From Flavobacteriales bacterium (GTDB lineage Bacteria; Bacteroidota; Bacteroidia; Flavobacteriales; TMED113), in NCBI GenBank assembly GCA_002722215.1, contig PBKX01000022.1, positions 6,815-58,957 on the forward strand: a DNA stretch of 52,143 bases. The letters run 5' to 3'. Positions within the stretch are counted from its first letter, which is position 1. Every line of letters starts with the position of its first letter. Below the pieces are notes generated by a model. The model did no database searches, had not been told where the DNA came from, and saw nothing but the letters and a program-made list of their open reading frames with translations. Positions 8,915 through 18,584 of the stretch are shown piece by piece. Both the position numbers and the translations under genes were made by a program.

Positions 8915-10782
8915 GGATTTTATTGTTGTTTTTAAGTTTGTTTGTTCTTACAAGTTCATTTGGACAAAATCAATGTAAAAGGGCAGATAGGAAACTAAAA
9001 AAAGTGGAAAAACACATTGTTTCTGGTGCTCATGATGATGCTATGAAATTATTATTAAAAATTGAGCGTACGTGTGATGACTCTTTTTTTAATTGTGCAG
9101 TTGGGGATATTTATTTTATGTTTCAAGAATTTACTAAATCTTATTTTTTCTATTTACAGTGTTATGCTTTTAATGGTTTGATAGATTTTAATACTTTATC
9201 TCTCTCTAATTTTTTAGAAACGGCTTATTTAACAGGTAATTATAATGTTTTTGATGAAGTGATTAATTGTGATGATTTTAATTTAAATATAACAGCTAAT
9301 ACCTATTTAGATAAGCTAATCAAAAAAAATAATTTTGCTTTTCATCAAAAAAAAGACTCAGTATTCTTCGCTCCTGTACTTTTAAGTATTAATTCTGATA
9401 AGGATGAATACTTTCCATCAATGCCAATTGATACAACTATCATAATATATACTTATAGGAATAAGGATTTAAAATTTCAAGACGAAGACTTTTATATTTC
9501 TAGGAATCAAAATGGTATTTGGTCAAATCCTCAAAAATTAGGTGATAATATCAATAGTGATTATCGAGAAGGCTCTTTGTCTGTTAGTTTGGATGGTCAA
9601 GATGTATTTTTTGCCTCTTGTCATAGGCCGGATAGTTATGGCGGTTGTGATTTATATTATTCAACATTGATTAATGATACTTTATGGTCTCAGTCATATA
9701 ATCTAGGCTCTAGTGTTAATAGTAAATACTGGGAGTCTCAGCCTTCTATCTCTGCTGATGGAAATTTTTTATTTTTCACAAGTAATAGAGATGGTGGTTA
9801 TGGTGGTTCAGATATTTGGATGTCTAGAAAATATAATAATGCTTGGTTGAATCCTGTTAATTTAGGACCATTTATTAACACATCTTCAGATGAAGCTACT
9901 CCATTTTTACATTATGATAATCAAACTTTTTATTTTTCTTCAAAAGGTCATGATGGATTTGGTGGATTTGATTTATATGTTACACATATGGATAGTCTTG
10001 GAAATATTCACCCAGCAACTAATTTAGGTTATCCAATTAATACTCATTACGATGAGTCAGGATTAATTGTAGCGAGAGATGGAAAAAAAGCTTACTATAA
10101 TGCTGATATAAGCGGAGATTTAAATATATATTCCTTTAATCTACCAGATAAGGCTCATGCTAATTCGGTGGCTATTATTAATGGTCTTGTGATAGATTCT
10201 ATAAGTAGATTAGGCGTTCAGGCTGATATTTTTATTGAGGATTTGAATCATGTTAATTCATATCATTTAAATTCAGATCATTTAGGTGTATTTTCTTTCA
10301 TCATGCCTATTGAATCTGCTTTTTCTATTACAGTCTCTTCTGAACATTATAATTTTTATTCAGAGAATTATTCTCTTGGAAAAGAAGAGTATGTTAAGGA
10401 TCTTTCTATTGTTCTTGATAGATTAAATATTGGAAATAAGATTGATCTTGATAATATTTACTATGAATTCGATGATTTTTCTTTAAAAGAAGAATCTTTA
10501 ATTGAGATTGAAAAATTTGCAAATTATTTGCTTGTCAATAAAACTATTCAAGTGCAAATAGAAGGACACACTGATAATATTGGGTCAGAAATATATAACT
10601 ATAAATTATCCGAAAAAAGGGCAAGGTCAGTATATGAAGCACTGTTAAATTTTGGTGTCCCTAGTAGACAGTTAAGTTATCGTGGTTATGGTTATTCAAT
10701 GCCTCTATCTAATGAAGATACAGAAGCAGCTCGATTAAAAAATAGAAGAACACAAGTTAAAGTTATTGGATCTTATGAATAA
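8911..10782 (+). CDS. OmpA-family outer-membrane/peptidoglycan-associated protein with TolB-like beta-propeller repeats
   Basis: Signal peptide, then repeated PD40-like blocks (SISADGNFLFFTSNRDGGYGGSDIW, TPFLHYDNQTFYFSSKGHDGFGGFDLY). C-terminal OmpA domain (IEGHTDNIGSEIYNYKLSEKRA...NRRTQV). Confidence 0.8.
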   Translation: MRILLLFLSLFVLTSSFGQNQCKRADRKLKKVEKHIVSGAHDDAMKLLLKIERTCDDSFFNCAVGDIYFMFQEFTKSYFFYLQCYAFNGLIDFNTLSLSNFLETAYLTGNYNVFDEVINCDDFNLNITANTYLDKLIKKNNFAFHQKKDSVFFAPVLLSINSDKDEYFPSMPIDTTIIIYTYRNKDLKFQDEDFYISRNQNGIWSNPQKLGDNINSDYREGSLSVSLDGQDVFFASCHRPDSYGGCDLYYSTLINDTLWSQSYNLGSSVNSKYWESQPSISADGNFLFFTSNRDGGYGGSDIWMSRKYNNAWLNPVNLGPFINTSSDEATPFLHYDNQTFYFSSKGHDGFGGFDLYVTHMDSLGNIHPATNLGYPINTHYDESGLIVARDGKKAYYNADISGDLNIYSFNLPDKAHANSVAIINGLVIDSISRLGVQADIFIEDLNHVNSYHLNSDHLGVFSFIMPIESAFSITVSSEHYNFYSENYSLGKEEYVKDLSIVLDRLNIGNKIDLDNIYYEFDDFSLKEESLIEIEKFANYLLVNKTIQVQIEGHTDNIGSEIYNYKLSEKRARSVYEALLNFGVPSRQLSYRGYGYSMPLSNEDTEAARLKNRRTQVKVIGSYE

Positions 10783-11629
10783 TAAAATGATTATCACAGA
10801 ATGCCCTAGGGATGCAATGCAGGGATTATCTAAATTTATTTCTACAAAGGATAAAGCTACATATATTAATTCTTTATTAAAAGTTGGATTTGATGTTATT
10901 GACTTTGGTAGTTTTGTTTCTCCTAAAGCTGTCCCTCAAATGAAGGATACTGCTGATGTGTTAAGCTTATTAAAGTTAAATCAAAGGACTTCACTATTAT
11001 CAATCGTATTAAATAAAAAAGGTGCTGATCAAGCTTGTTGTTTTGAAGAGATAAACATGTTAGGTTACCCTTTGTCTATTTCTGAAATTTTTCAAAAAAA
11101 GAACTCTAATAAAAGTATTCGAGAGTCACTTGATGTGCTTGATGATATCTTAAATTTATGTATTAAGAACAATAAAGTGTTGGTTGTATATTTTTCTATG
11201 GCGTTTGGTAATCCATATGGCGAAAAATGGGATAAGGAAGTTCTATTTCATTATATTCAAAAAATAGAAAAAAAGGGTATTGTGCATATATCTTTAGCAG
11301 ATACTATTGGTAATTCTGATAAATTCACCATCCAAAGTATTTTTAAGGATACTAATAAAAAGTTTAAAAAATTAAATATTGGATTACACCTACATTCACA
11401 TCCAAATAGTGTTCATGAAAAAATTGAGTCTGCTTGGTTGTCGGGATGTAGAAGATTTGATGTTGCTATGAGTGGATATGGTGGGTGCCCATTTGCTCAG
11501 GATGAATTAATTGGGAATATCCCTACTGAAAAATTGTTAAATTTCTTGGCTCAATATAACATTGAACACTCTTTAGATTTATTAGCATTTGAAAATGCAT
11601 ATAACAAAGCAAGAAGTATTTTTATTTAA
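10766..11629 (+). CDS. Hydroxymethylglutaryl-CoA lyase
   Basis: ECPRDAMQG N-terminal motif, TIM-barrel DRE-TIM pattern and GCPFA near the C-terminus. The true start may be an internal Met a few codons in. Confidence 0.8.
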   Translation: MDLMNNKMIITECPRDAMQGLSKFISTKDKATYINSLLKVGFDVIDFGSFVSPKAVPQMKDTADVLSLLKLNQRTSLLSIVLNKKGADQACCFEEINMLGYPLSISEIFQKKNSNKSIRESLDVLDDILNLCIKNNKVLVVYFSMAFGNPYGEKWDKEVLFHYIQKIEKKGIVHISLADTIGNSDKFTIQSIFKDTNKKFKKLNIGLHLHSHPNSVHEKIESAWLSGCRRFDVAMSGYGGCPFAQDELIGNIPTEKLLNFLAQYNIEHSLDLLAFENAYNKARSIFI

Positions 11630-12092
11630 CAGAATTAAGTAGTTGAATTGCTGCTAATGCACAATCAGCCCCTTTATTCCCCATTTTACCTCCAGCTCGA
11701 TCAATAGCTTGTTGCTGATTTAAATCTGTTAGCACACAAAATATAAAAGGAATGTCAAAAATAATATTTAAATCTTTAATTCCATTAGTTACTGCTGTGC
11801 ATATAAATTCAAAATGAGGAGTTTCCCCCTTAATTATACTTCCAATAACTATTACGGCATCACAATTAGATTTTTCTAATATTTTTTTTGCACCATATAT
11901 TAACTCAAAACTCCCAGGTACTTCTAATGTTGTAATATTCTTTTTATTAACTCCATGTTGTGTCAATGTATCATGACAGCCATTATACAACTTTTTAGTT
12001 ATGTCATTATTCCATAATGATCGAACTATACCGAACTTTTTATTTAATACAGTATTATTCTTTTGTTGATTAGGATCAGAAGAAATTTTCAT
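11622..12092 (-). CDS. ribH: 6,7-dimethyl-8-ribityllumazine synthase
   Basis: 156 aa with VPGSFELIY and GETPHFEFI lumazine-synthase blocks. Confidence 0.9.
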   Translation of the reverse strand: MKISSDPNQQKNNTVLNKKFGIVRSLWNNDITKKLYNGCHDTLTQHGVNKKNITTLEVPGSFELIYGAKKILEKSNCDAVIVIGSIIKGETPHFEFICTAVTNGIKDLNIIFDIPFIFCVLTDLNQQQAIDRAGGKMGNKGADCALAAIQLLNSVK

Positions 12093-12104
12093 TATTTTAC
12101 TAGG

Positions 12105-12782
12105 CTATTTATATAGCATGCTATTGATATATTTATCCATTGCTTTTGCAGTTTCAGATTCAGGATAATCTTTTTTTATTGACTCATAGCACTTTATAGC
12201 ATTTTCATAGTCTCCCTCCAGCTCATAAAGGTTCGCGCATTTTAATAAAGTAATTGGACTAGTTAGTGAGTTAGGGTATGTTTTAATAGCTTGCTTGTAA
12301 TATTCGATGGCTTCTGTAGGTTGATTTAATTCAGAAAAAGCATCTCCGATTCCAATTTGCGCAATTGATACAAGTAATTGGTCATTGGATTTATATTCGT
12401 CCAAGATTTCGATAGCTTCTTTGTATTTGCCAATATTTAAATATGAAATACCTGCATAGTATTTTGCTAATGAACCTGATAGTGTGTTGGAATAATTATC
12501 GATGATATCAATTAATCCTTCGAATTCATTTGTTCCATTTAGGGCTATTTCAAATGAATCTTTTTCAAAATACTGTTCTGCTATAAATAATTGTTTTTGA
12601 GCTTTATTATTTAGTGGCTTTTGATATAAATTTTTATATCCAAAGGATGCTATAAAAACAAATACAATTAATCCAATTATTGATAATAAAGTCCGACTAT
12701 TATCTTCGATAAATTGTTCAGTTTTAGTTAATCCTTGTTCTATATTTGCTAATTGCTTTTCTGTAGTATTCTTTTTTTTCAT
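12105..12782 (-). CDS. Membrane-anchored tetratricopeptide-repeat protein (YfgM-like)
   Basis: Single N-terminal TM helix followed by TPR-like repeats. Sits 12 nt upstream of ribH. Confidence 0.65.
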   Translation of the reverse strand: MKKKNTTEKQLANIEQGLTKTEQFIEDNSRTLLSIIGLIVFVFIASFGYKNLYQKPLNNKAQKQLFIAEQYFEKDSFEIALNGTNEFEGLIDIIDNYSNTLSGSLAKYYAGISYLNIGKYKEAIEILDEYKSNDQLLVSIAQIGIGDAFSELNQPTEAIEYYKQAIKTYPNSLTSPITLLKCANLYELEGDYENAIKCYESIKKDYPESETAKAMDKYINSMLYK

Positions 12783-12842
12783 AAAAAATTTATTTTGCCG
12801 TAAAATTAAGTTATTTTATCATATTATTTTATATAAATAATT

Positions 12843-13955
12843 ATGATTTTAAAATTAATATCATTAGTGAACTTTAAAAATCATGAAACTTTAAAGCTTG
12901 ATTTTTCAAATCATGTAAATTGTTTTTTAGGTGATAATGGAGTAGGTAAAACAAATTTATTAGACTCGATTTATTATTTGTCTTTTTGCAAGAGTTATTA
13001 TAATTCTTTTGAATCTGAGAATATTAAATATGGCGAAAAATTTTTCATGATCAAAGGAAATTTTATGGACAATAGGGGAATTGAAGTAGAAGTCAATATT
13101 TCTTTAAAGGGAAAGCAAAAACAGATAAAATTTAATGATAAAAAATATGATAAGTTATCAGAACATATAGGAAAAATACCGCTTGTTATTATTACTCCAT
13201 TAGATAGTAACCTCATTTTAGGAGGTGGTGATGAAAGAAGACGGTTTATTAATAAATTATTATCACAGCTAGATAAAGAGTATTTATTTCATTTAATGTC
13301 ATACAATAAAATTCTTAAGCATCGAAACACTTTATTAAAAAGTGGTCAATCTGTATCTTTGAACCAAGACCTATTGTCAACCTATGATCAAAAATTATGT
13401 GATTTTGGTAATAAAATTTACTTAAAGCGTAAAGAATGTGTTTCAAGGATTATAGATAGTGTTCAGAATTATTATAATTTTATTTCAGATAAAAAAGAAC
13501 ATGTCAACCTTTTATATAAATCAGATTTAAATGAGACTAAATTTGAAGATTTATTGCTTAAAAATAGAGTCAAAGATCAAGCTCTCATGTTTACTAGTGG
13601 TGGTGTTCATCGTGATGATTTTATCTTTACTTTAAATTCTCATAGTTTAAAAAAGTCAGGATCTCAAGGTCAACAAAAAACATTCTTAATTGCATTAAAA
13701 TTTGCATATTTTGACTTATTAAAATCTAGTTTAGGCATCACTCCTTTATTATTATTAGATGACATCTTTGACAAACTAGATCATAATAGAGTTGAAAAAA
13801 TTATAAGAATACTAAATAAAAATGAATTTGGTCAGATTTTTATTACTGATACTAGTTTTCAAAGAATTGATTCTATTATTGATAAAGTGAATAGTAGTTG
13901 TAAATATTTTATGTTTAATATAGACGGTTTATATGAAGAGAAATTCAAAAAGTAA
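12843..13955 (+). CDS. recF: DNA replication and repair protein RecF
   Basis: Walker A GDNGVGKTNLLD, SMC-like signature and Walker B LLLLDDIFDKLD. Confidence 0.9.
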   Translation: MILKLISLVNFKNHETLKLDFSNHVNCFLGDNGVGKTNLLDSIYYLSFCKSYYNSFESENIKYGEKFFMIKGNFMDNRGIEVEVNISLKGKQKQIKFNDKKYDKLSEHIGKIPLVIITPLDSNLILGGGDERRRFINKLLSQLDKEYLFHLMSYNKILKHRNTLLKSGQSVSLNQDLLSTYDQKLCDFGNKIYLKRKECVSRIIDSVQNYYNFISDKKEHVNLLYKSDLNETKFEDLLLKNRVKDQALMFTSGGVHRDDFIFTLNSHSLKKSGSQGQQKTFLIALKFAYFDLLKSSLGITPLLLLDDIFDKLDHNRVEKIIRILNKNEFGQIFITDTSFQRIDSIIDKVNSSCKYFMFNIDGLYEEKFKK

Positions 13956-14211
13956 AAAAATTGGTGAATTGATTTCTAATTTTTTTCAAGTCACTAAAAA
14001 TCGTAAACCTACGAATTTTCATAATCTATGGAAACGTGTTGCGGGTGAAAAGTTAGTTTCCGAGACATATAATATTAGATATAAACAAAATACTTTATAT
14101 ATCAGTGTTAAAAATCCTTATTTGAAATTAGATTTAATATCTAAAAAAGATAAATTCTTGAAAAAAATAAATCTATTGAATCCTAATGTTAAAAGGATTG
14201 AGTTTGATTAA
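13933..14211 (+). CDS. DUF721-family small protein
   Basis: 92 aa, overlaps the recF 3' end by 23 nt. This is the usual position of DUF721 genes. Confidence 0.65.
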   Translation: MKRNSKSKKIGELISNFFQVTKNRKPTNFHNLWKRVAGEKLVSETYNIRYKQNTLYISVKNPYLKLDLISKKDKFLKKINLLNPNVKRIEFD

Positions 14212-14631
14212 TTAAATTATTTCATCATTATCAAAATGAAAAGCAGCTTCAATAGCAGCATTTTCATCACTATCTGATCCATGAATAGCATTAGCGTCAA
14301 TAGATTTTGCATACATTTTTCTAATAGTACCTTCTTCAGCTTCTTCTGGGTTAGTGTTCCCAATGAGGGCTCTAAAATCTAATACAGCATTTTCTTTTTC
14401 TAATATTGCAGCTACTATTGGTCCAGAGGTCATGTAGTTAATTAAATCATTAAAAAAAGGTCTTTCTTTATGTATTTGATAAAATTCTTTTGCAGCTTCA
14501 GTTGATAACTGTCTCATTTTCATCGCGACTATTTTAAATCCTGCTTTTTCTATTTCTGCTAATATTAAACCTGCATATCCATTTTGAATTGCATCGGGCT
14601 TAATCATTGTAAAGGTTCTATTGTTTTTCAT
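14212..14631 (-). CDS. ndk: Nucleoside-diphosphate kinase
   Basis: [10 protein letters not shown] and the catalytic-His block IHGSDS. Confidence 0.95.
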   Translation of the reverse strand: MKNNRTFTMIKPDAIQNGYAGLILAEIEKAGFKIVAMKMRQLSTEAAKEFYQIHKERPFFNDLINYMTSGPIVAAILEKENAVLDFRALIGNTNPEEAEEGTIRKMYAKSIDANAIHGSDSDENAAIEAAFHFDNDEII

Positions 14632-14697
14632 TTTTATTATTTTTGCTCGAATTTAATTAAAAAATCATGATATAACAATATCATAATTTTATATTCT

Positions 14698-14705
14698 TAT
14701 TTTTG
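14698..14705 (+). promoter_or_regulatory. Candidate -7 box (TATTTTTG) for nrnA
   Basis: Exact TAnnTTTG match ending 5 nt before the ATG at 14711. A second copy lies at 14638-14645. Confidence 0.35.
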
Positions 14706-14710
14706 ACTTA

Positions 14711-15709
14711 ATGTTCCGTGTTGATTATTCTTTTATTCAGAATTTCTTATCTCAGAAGAGAAATATAATTATTACCACTCATAAAACTCCGGATGGTGAT
14801 GCTCTCGGTTCGTCTTTAGCTTTGTTACATGTTTTAAAAACTAATCATAATGTAAATATCATTGTACCTAATGATTATCCACATTATTTAAAATGGATGC
14901 CAGGTAATGATGATGTGCTGATTTATGAGGAGAATGAAGAGCAGTCAGATTCATTAATCAACCAATCAGATCTTATATTTTGTTTAGATTTTAATAAATT
15001 ATATAGGGTAGATACGATGTTTAATATATTAAATAATAATAATTCGTATAAAATTATGATTGATCATCACCAAGATCCAGATTCTTTTTGTGATCAAATT
15101 TTATCAGATTCTTCTGTTGCCTCTACAGCAGAATTAATATATGATTTCCTTATTAATTTGGATTATTGTTTAGACAAAGATATAGCTACTTGTCTTTATA
15201 CTGGAATTGTGACTGACACGGGTAGTTTTAAATATCCAAATGTTACAAAAAAAACACATGAAATAATTAGTGCTTTATTACATTTCAATATTGATCACTC
15301 ATTTATTCATCAGCAATTATTTGACTCACAGAATCAATCAAGATTATTGTTATTGAAAAGAGCGTTAGAGACTTTAAAGTTATTTAAACATCAAAAAACT
15401 GCTTTGACCTTTTTGACTGCAGAGGATTTGCTAAATGCTGACTATAAGAAAGGTGATACTGAAGGTTTTGTGAATATGCCACTTAGCTTAAATGATATTA
15501 TATTTTCAGCATTTTTCATTGAATTTAAAGACGGTATTAAAATGTCTTTTCGATCTCAAGGTGATTTTGATGTTAATGTGTTTGCTAAAAAATATTTTAA
15601 TGGAGGGGGGCATAAAAATGCTGCTGGTGGTGTCTTAATGGGAAAAAAGATGGTGGATGCAATTCAATATTTTTCTGATGTACTTGACTCTTTTTCAAAT
15701 GACATTTAA
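14711..15709 (+). CDS. nrnA: DHH/DHHA1 phosphoesterase (NrnA-like oligoribonuclease / pAp phosphatase)
   Basis: HKTPDGDALGS, DHH motif (IMIDHHQD) and DHHA1 GGGH (FNGGGHKNAAGG). Confidence 0.8.
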   Translation: MFRVDYSFIQNFLSQKRNIIITTHKTPDGDALGSSLALLHVLKTNHNVNIIVPNDYPHYLKWMPGNDDVLIYEENEEQSDSLINQSDLIFCLDFNKLYRVDTMFNILNNNNSYKIMIDHHQDPDSFCDQILSDSSVASTAELIYDFLINLDYCLDKDIATCLYTGIVTDTGSFKYPNVTKKTHEIISALLHFNIDHSFIHQQLFDSQNQSRLLLLKRALETLKLFKHQKTALTFLTAEDLLNADYKKGDTEGFVNMPLSLNDIIFSAFFIEFKDGIKMSFRSQGDFDVNVFAKKYFNGGGHKNAAGGVLMGKKMVDAIQYFSDVLDSFSNDI

Positions 15710-16247
15710 GGTATGGTATTTATTCGGAATTTGCCTCTGTATTGTAATACTGTTTGGTTGTCAACAGAATTATCAAAAGCCGATACAGACGGATGCCAAT
15801 GATCCAACAATGGACTTTTTTATTCATGCTAATAAATTTATTATTCAACAAGAAGAAAAAAAAATTGATTCGTTGTTAGCATTATCTCCCATTTCATTTT
15901 TAAAAGATCCAACAGGTATTCGAACTTATATTAATAAAAAAATAGATGATCCTGAATTATTTAAACCAGAAGATGGAGATAATGTACTTGTGGCATATAA
16001 TTGTGTGATTTTTGATCATGTTAATAATCTAGCAGATGATGTCTTGGTTGATACAATAGGTTTTAAAATAGGATATTCTAAACAAATGCGAGGTTTAAAT
16101 TATGCAATTAAATTACTTAAAGTTGGTTATAAATCAAAGATTATAATACCTTCGTACCTTGGATTTGGAATGTCAGGTTACGGCAAATCGGTACCTCCTT
16201 ATTCTACATTAATATTGAATGTTGAACTATTAAATATAGAAAAATGA
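15699..16247 (+). CDS. FKBP-type peptidyl-prolyl isomerase lipoprotein (GldI-like)
   Basis: The ORF is open from 15657. The Met at 15699 gives a lipoprotein signal with lipobox ILFGC. C-terminal FKBP fold ending IIPSYLGFG...[10 protein letters not shown]. Confidence 0.7.
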   Translation: MTFKVWYLFGICLCIVILFGCQQNYQKPIQTDANDPTMDFFIHANKFIIQQEEKKIDSLLALSPISFLKDPTGIRTYINKKIDDPELFKPEDGDNVLVAYNCVIFDHVNNLADDVLVDTIGFKIGYSKQMRGLNYAIKLLKVGYKSKIIIPSYLGFGMSGYGKSVPPYSTLILNVELLNIEK

Positions 16248-17239
16248 AAAAAATAGCTCTTTTTATTACTGTTATATTAAGTTTTTTGTTTATATCTTGC
16301 GCAGGAACTAAATTGGATGATGGTATGTATGCAAAAATAATTACAACAAAAGGTGATATTACATTATCTCTTTTTTATGATAAAACCCCTTTGACAGTTG
16401 CAAATTTTATATGTTTGTCAGAAGGACTAATGCCGGATATTAAAAAACCTTTTTATGATGGTTTAAAGTTTCATAGGGTCATTCCTGATTTTATGATTCA
16501 AGGTGGGTGTCCACTTGGTAATGGTACTGGGGATCCTGGTTATAAATTTCCAGATGAATTTGATCCAGAATTAACACATGATGGACCTGGTATTTTATCC
16601 ATGGCAAACTCTGGGCCCAATACGAATGGTTCACAATTTTTTATTACACATAAAGAAACTCCTTGGTTAGATGGGAAACATTCTGTATTTGGTAAAGTTG
16701 CTGATGAAGCTAGTCAGTCAGTTGTTGATGCCATTGTTCAGGGGGATTCTATTATTAGAGTTGAAATATCAAGAGTAGGTAAATCTGCTAAAAAATTTAA
16801 TGCATTAAAGGTCTTTAATGAGGCAAAGGAAGCATCTGAAAGACTAGAGTTAGAGAAAAAACAATTGATGGAAGAAAAGTTAGAGTCAGTTTCTCAGGAT
16901 GCTGAAACTACAGATAGCGGTTTAAAATATATTATGTTGGAAGAAGGCACAGGTAACTCTCCTATGAGCGGACAGAACGTTTCTGTTCATTATACCGGAT
17001 ATTTACTTGATGGCACTAAATTTGATTCTTCTTATGATAGGGGGGAACCTATTACCTTCCCATTAGGTCAAGGACGAGTGATAAAAGGTTGGGATGAAGG
17101 GATTAGTCTTTTAAAGGTCGGAGGTAAAGCCAAATTCATTATACCTCCAGATTTAGCTTATGGTAGTAGAGCTATCGGTCCTATCCCTGCTAATTCAATT
17201 TTAATATTTGAGGTTGAACTTGTAGATATTGTTGATTAA
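16244..17239 (+). CDS. Dual-domain peptidyl-prolyl isomerase: N-terminal cyclophilin plus C-terminal FKBP, lipoprotein
   Basis: Lipobox FISC. Cyclophilin core [13 protein letters not shown]...[18 protein letters not shown]. Charged linker, then FKBP core [16 protein letters not shown]...GWDEG...IPPDLAYG. Confidence 0.9.
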   Translation: MKKIALFITVILSFLFISCAGTKLDDGMYAKIITTKGDITLSLFYDKTPLTVANFICLSEGLMPDIKKPFYDGLKFHRVIPDFMIQGGCPLGNGTGDPGYKFPDEFDPELTHDGPGILSMANSGPNTNGSQFFITHKETPWLDGKHSVFGKVADEASQSVVDAIVQGDSIIRVEISRVGKSAKKFNALKVFNEAKEASERLELEKKQLMEEKLESVSQDAETTDSGLKYIMLEEGTGNSPMSGQNVSVHYTGYLLDGTKFDSSYDRGEPITFPLGQGRVIKGWDEGISLLKVGGKAKFIIPPDLAYGSRAIGPIPANSILIFEVELVDIVD

Positions 17240-17264
17240 ATTAATATAACTAACATAATAGAAT

Positions 17265-18476
17265 ATGTATCTTTCACATTATATTTTTTATATATCATTT
17301 TTTCTTATTTCTTGTCTGTTTTCTCAGTCTAATAAAGTTATTTCAGGCCCAATGTTATCATATATTGATGGTTATTCTACCCAAATATGGCTTTTATTAG
17401 ATTCTGAGGTTAAAACAGTAGAGATTGATATTCGAGATTATGAGAATGATAAGTTGTTAGAGTATGATTTCGATGTTATTAATCCACATGATTTAGATGA
17501 ATTTCCGTTTACAATTCAATTAGAAGCACTATCGCCTAATAAAGAATATATCATGTCGGTTTTTGTTGATGGAGTTTTTATTAAAGAGATGGATCTTTTT
17601 ACTAGGAGACCTCATTTAGATGATCTTCAGTTTTTAATCAGTTCTGATTTAGGTAATCCGTCACCAGATATTTTTTCTCATATGAGTAATACACACTCTG
17701 ATTTTATGGTATGGCTCGGAGGTCATGTTTCTTCTGAAGGGGCAATTGATTTAAGTAACCTTATTTCAAGTTATACAGATGTTCGAAAAGATGCTAAATT
17801 AAATCATTTTATGAGTTCAACCCCTCAAATATCTACTTGGGGTGAGTTAGATTATGGTTTGGATATAACCGCTCCTTTTTCACTAAAAAAAACTGCTTAT
17901 AATGCATTTACAATGTTTTGGCCGAACTCTTTAAAAAAAACATATAATTATACATTTTTTGATTATGGCACTTATCAAAGATATACGTATAATGATGTTG
18001 ATCTTTTTTTATTAGATGCTATGACGTTTAGAACTGAAGATAAATCTGTTTGTTATGGTGATAAGCAAATTGAAAGAATGTTTCAAGAAATGCAAAATAC
18101 AGGTGCTACTTTTACTGTTATAGCGAGTCCATTACCATTTACTTTTGACACAGAGGATGCTTTTTTAAATTACCAGAGAGAATTTAACCACTTTTTATAT
18201 AGGTTGGAAATGTCTGATCTAGATGGAATTGTTTTAATTAGCGCTGGAGGAAAAATTTCTACAGCTATGAATACATATAATTGGTCTGATGAGATTACTA
18301 ATAAAGAATTATCTATTTCTGAATTTAATTTTTGTCCTTTGAATATGGATACCTATTCATTAATTAATGTATCCGGGAAAGCTGGTTATCGTGTTTTTTC
18401 ATTTGAAACGTACAATGAGAATGGAACTTTAGTGTATAGAAAACAATTATATCAAAATCAGCTAAAGTTGTATTAA
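17265..18476 (+). CDS. Secreted PhoD-like metallophosphatase-fold protein with degenerate metal-binding motifs
   Basis: Signal peptide and a PhoD-like N-terminal block (ISGPMLSYIDGYSTQIWLL). LLDAMTFRT and YGDKQIERMF resemble PhoD blocks, but the expected GDxxY, WDDH[ED] and SGDxH read LGGHVS, WGELD and SAGGKI. Confidence 0.45.
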   Translation: MYLSHYIFYISFFLISCLFSQSNKVISGPMLSYIDGYSTQIWLLLDSEVKTVEIDIRDYENDKLLEYDFDVINPHDLDEFPFTIQLEALSPNKEYIMSVFVDGVFIKEMDLFTRRPHLDDLQFLISSDLGNPSPDIFSHMSNTHSDFMVWLGGHVSSEGAIDLSNLISSYTDVRKDAKLNHFMSSTPQISTWGELDYGLDITAPFSLKKTAYNAFTMFWPNSLKKTYNYTFFDYGTYQRYTYNDVDLFLLDAMTFRTEDKSVCYGDKQIERMFQEMQNTGATFTVIASPLPFTFDTEDAFLNYQREFNHFLYRLEMSDLDGIVLISAGGKISTAMNTYNWSDEITNKELSISEFNFCPLNMDTYSLINVSGKAGYRVFSFETYNENGTLVYRKQLYQNQLKLY

Positions 18477-18584
18477 AACAAGCTCATTCAGGCTACATTT
18501 TGTTATATATTGCAAGGTGAGATATCTTTTTTTTAATTGTTTTAATTAATTTTAAGCGATTATTTTATAATAAATAACAGATAT

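Noticed and set aside
15657-15698. 5' extensions of several track ORFs: 15657 for the FKBP gene, 35156 for the DUF4249-like gene, 3402 for mtaB, 29010 for the transglycosylase, 44893 for dapA
   Set aside because: Internal Met codons give canonical N-termini or proper signal and lipoprotein sequences, and they remove or shrink long overlaps with neighbours. The extensions are probably not translated. For the transglycosylase I kept the track coordinates but flagged the issue.
18477-18584. Possible terminator or small RNA in the 108-nt convergent spacer between the PhoD-like and FAS1-like genes
   Set aside because: The only element is an 8-nt palindrome (agatatct) followed by a T-run, with no loop-forming stem. 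I see no convincing hairpin, tRNA-like fold or conserved RNA motif.
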